Source: the human T2T-CHM13v2.0 reference genome, Homo sapiens. From it: a DNA stretch of 64,000 nt. The stretch lies in NCBI RefSeq assembly GCF_009914755.1, contig NC_060935.1. The stretch is one strand, 5' to 3'. The stretch's first letter is position 1; each line of letters opens with the position of its first letter. A program made the position numbers and the translations under genes. This document shows positions 60,060-64,000 of the stretch, piece after piece. The notes under the pieces are model-generated. The model was not told where the DNA came from. It was given only the letters and a program-made list of their open reading frames with translations, and made no database searches.

Positions 60060-60693
60060 CCCAAGTATGAACTTTCCATTTCTAATCTAAGTTTCACTGC
60101 TGACTGCTGACTTGCCATGTTTCTGAAATTGTCCCTTTACTAGTGCAGTTTGGTTCCATACATATTTTAAATAATAAAATGCACTAACTTTTCCCTTTTT
60201 GTTCTGATCTACTGTTTACTGAAAGCCCCAGCCCCATCACACAGCTATTCAGGTTTTACTGAAAATTGCAAATCTCAAAGTCCAAAAGTTATCATACTCT
60301 CCAATAACATATATTATGTTGGTCCCTTATTTCTTTCCCAATTTTTTTAAAGGAATATTGTCTATATACCCCAGGGTAACATCTGGTGTTTGAATGTTGA
60401 ATCACTACAGCTTATGCTATGCATCACTCAAAGTAGTTTGGATCTCAGCTACCACTTACTACCTGTGTGAGCTTGGGTAAGCTATGTCTCATCTCAAAGG
60501 CTGAAAAGTGGAATTTTGTGAGAAGTAACCATATTATGTAAATTAACATTTTTGTTGTAATGCTTCTAAAAGTCATTTAAAATTATATCAAATTCACCTG
60601 GATGTATCGTCAAATATATAAATTTTGTGTGTGTTCAAAATTATACTTTAGTTCAAAGAATACAATAAAGATTTTTAAGCAATAATGAAAAAT

Positions 60694-60812
60694 AGCCTGG
60701 CACGGTGGCTCGTGCTTGTAAGTCTAGTTACTCAGGCAGCTAAGACAATAGAATTGCTTGAGGCCAGGAGTTCAAAACCAGCTTGAGTACCATAGTGAGA
60801 CTCCATCTGTAT
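60694..60812 (+). mobile_element. FLAM_A-like Alu monomer
   Basis: gcctggcacggtggctcgtgcttgtaagtctagttactcagg...ttgcttgaggccaggagttcaaaaccagc...gtgagactccatct. Confidence 0.8.
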
Positions 60813-60927
60813 TTTTTAGAGCCTACTGAATATTTATATAATAATTTATTGTAATCCTAAAACTATTTTATTATGTATGAGGTGAAAGAGATATGATGGA
60901 GGAGTTCTTTCCAGAAGTAAATAAACA

Positions 60928-63900
60928 GGAGGAGGCAAAGCAAGACGGCCGACTACAAGCCTCCAGTGATCATCCACCCTGCAGGAACACCAAATTGAAC
61001 AACTCTCCACACAAGAAAGAACCTTGATAAGAACCAAACATGAAGTGAGCAATCATATTATCTGGTTTTAACATCATAGCAAAGAAAGAAGCACTGAAGA
61101 GAGTGTAGGAAAGATAGTCTTGAATGGATGACACAACCTGTCCCCTATTCCCCTGGAGGTGGCCATGTGGTGCAGAAAGAGAATTTGTGTGTATGCAGGA
61201 TAGATAGAGCAGTGATTGCGGAACTTTTTATGTTGGAACTCAGTGCTGCCCTGTCAAATGGAAAGCAACGTGAGAGAGAATTCAGCCAGCGCCCCCAGAG
61301 GTAGAATTTAGACTAGCCCCAGCCAGAAGGGAGTCACCTAACCCCATGGTCAGAACCTGAGTTCTGGTTAGCACCACCACTGCAGGATAAAGTGTTCTAG
61401 GGTCATAAATAAACTTGAAAGGCAGAGACTATGCCACAACAACTGCAATTCCTGAGCAAGTTTTTTTTGTCGTGCTGGGCTTGAACCAGTGGATTTTGAG
61501 TGCACATGACCTAGTGAGGTACCAGCTGGAGATGCCTAGAAGTGCTTGTTTCTCCCATGCCCCTTACCCCAGACAGCACAGCTCACAGCTCAGAAGGAGA
61601 AGGGAAAAAAGAGAACTTTGTTTTGCAAGTAGGATACCAATTCAGCCATAGTGTAATAGGGCACCAGGCAGAGTCCTGGGGCCCCTGTTCCAGGCCCCAG
61701 CTCCCAGTTGACATTTCTAGACACACACTGGGCCAGAATGGAACATGCTGCCTTGAATGGAATAACCCAGTCATGGCAAGATTCATCACCTACTAACTAA
61801 GAGAACTTGGGCCGTGAATAAGAATTAATGGTACCCAGGAAGTTTTCACTGTGGGCCTTGGGTGAGACCCAGGGTTGTGCTGGCTTTAAATGTTACCACT
61901 CCATTCCCAGCTCTGGTAGACATGAGAAGATACTCCTGCTTTTAAAAGGAGATGAAAGAGTAAAGGTGACTTTGTCTTGCATCTTAGGTACCAGCTCGAC
62001 CACAGAGGGGTAAAGCACCAAGCAGCCTCCCGGGGTCCCCAGTTCTAGGCATTAGCTTTTGAACAGCATTTCTGGACCTGCCTGGGGCCAGAGAGAAGCC
62101 TATTGTCCTGAAGGGAGAGAGCTAGGCCTGGCAACATTCAACCCAGCTGGCTGAAGAGCCCTTGGGCCTTGAGTGAACATCGGCAATAGCCAAGCAGTAA
62201 TTGTCACAGGTCTGGAGCAGTGGTGGCCACAAGAGACAACTTCCTTTGCATGAGAAAAGGAGAGGGAAGAGTGGAAAGAACGTTGATTTGCAGCTTGGGT
62301 AACAACTCGGCCACAGTAGAACAGCGCACCAAATACATTCCAGAGTTTTCTGACTTCAGCCCTGACTCCCAGAGGGCAATCATAGACTCACCTTAGGCTG
62401 AGGGGAAGCTCATTGCCCTGAAGCGTAGGACACATGTCTGACTAGATTCACCACTTGCTGACTGGAGAGCCCTTGGGCTTTGAATAAACACCAGCAGAAA
62501 CCAGGCAGCGGTCACCTTGAGCCTTGGGTAAGACCCGGCGCTGTGCAGCCTTCAGGTCCGTCGCACCCTTCTCAGCTTCAGGCAGCTCTCCATGAAGAGG
62601 GACATCCTGTTTATTTGGGGGAAAGTAAAAGAAAGGAACAAAAGTCTCTGCTTAGTAATCTAAGAAATTCTCCCAGATCTTACCCAAGATCACCAAGATA
62701 GTATCCTTATGAGCCTACAAGAGTCACAGAAATCCAACTGACACAATGAAGAATGCATCACGGTTTCTCAACAGCAGAATTGATCAAGCAGAGGAAAAAA
62801 AATAGTGAACATGAAGACAGGCTATTTGAAAATAAACAGCCAGAGGAAACTAAAAAAAAAAAAGTATATACAAAAAAATGAAGCAGCCTACAAGATCTAG
62901 AAAATAGTCTCAAAAGGGCAAATTTACACATTATTGGCCTTAAAGAGGAGGGCATGAGAGAGATCTGGGGAAAGTTTATTCAGAGGGAATACAACAGAAA
63001 ATGTTCCAACCCTAGAGAAAGATATCAATATTCAAGTACAGGAGGGTTATAGAACACAAAGCAGATTTAACCCAAAGAAGATTTCCTCAAGGCATTTAAT
63101 AATTAAACTCCCAAGTGTCAAGGATAAAAGAAGCAAGAGAGAAGAAATAAATAACATACAAAGGAGCTCCAATATGTCTTGCACCAGACTTCCCAGTGGA
63201 AAATTTACAGGCTAAGAGAGAGTGACATGACATATTTAACATGTTGAGGGAAATAAGTTTTTATCCTAGAATAGTATGTCCAGTGAAAATATCCTTCAAA
63301 CATGAAGGAGAAATAAAAATTTTACTAGACAAACAAAAGTTGAGGGATTTCAACAACAACAAACTGGTCCTTCATGAAATTCTAAAGGGAGTTCTTCAGT
63401 CTGAAAGAAAAGGATGTTAACAAACAATAAGAAACATCTAAAGGTACAAAACTCACTAGTAATCGTAAGTACACAGATAAACATAGACTATTATAACATT
63501 GTAACTGTGGTGTGAAAACTACTCATATCTTGAGTAGAAATACTAAAAGATGAACCTTTCAAAAATAATAACTACAACAATTTTTAAAGACATAGGTATA
63601 TAAGGAGATATAAATAGAAACAACAAAAAGTTTAGAAGTGAAAGATGCAAAGTGTAGAGATTTTATTAGTTCTCTCTTTCCTTATTTGTTAATTTGTTTG
63701 ATTTTGCAATCAGTGTTATCATCAGTTTAAAATAATTGGTTATAAGATGTTACAGGCAAGCCTCATCGTAACCTCAAATCAAAAAACTTATAGTGGATAC
63801 ACAAAAAAATTTAAAAGAAAAAAATTAAAACATACCACCAGAGAAAAGTACCTTCACAAAGAGGAGGACAAGAAAAAAAGAAGGAAGGAAGAAAAGATTA

Positions 63901-64000
63901 CAAAACTACCAGAAAACTGATAACAAAATGGCAAAATGGCAAAAGTAAGTCTTTACCTATCCATTATAACATTGAATACAAATGGACTACGCACTCCAAA
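60928..64000 (+). mobile_element. L1M1/L1MA-type element: 5'UTR, partial ORF1, inter-ORF and ORF2 start (runs off window)
   Basis: ggaggaggcaaagcaagacggccgac...; ORF1 remnant 62730-63420 (aacagcagaattgatcaagcagagg); ORF2 start about 63936 MAKVSLYLSIITLNTNGL. Confidence 0.9.

Overview
AT-rich human genomic DNA. The species call rests on an AluYb8, a human-specific subfamily, at 25344-25650. The window is intergenic or deep intronic and is dominated by interspersed repeats: Alu (J, S, Y, Yb8, FLAM), L1 (L1PA3/4, L1PA16, L1MA, L1MB, L1MD, L1ME), L2, MIR, MaLR/ERV1 solo LTRs (MLT1I, MSTB, THE1C/D, MER93) and DNA-transposon MITEs (MER104, MER47, MER81/94, MER2, Tigger4). I recognise no cellular protein-coding exon, RNA gene or CRISPR array. 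Every long ORF in the track is L1- or Alu-derived or looks like a chance ORF. I could not find a convincing new biological system. The best leads are: (1) a TATA/Inr/5' splice-site arrangement in unique DNA near 60.0 kb; (2) a young L1 fragment with no tail and no TSD; (3) a microhomology deletion junction fusing an L1 5'UTR to half a THE1C LTR; (4) apparent reuse of one L1-endonuclease site by an L1 and then an Alu; (5) a probable ancient local duplication; (6) an unusual GTTTACCA-based repeat patch. Subfamily names come from recalled consensus motifs, not a RepeatMasker run. Boundaries of old elements are approximate.
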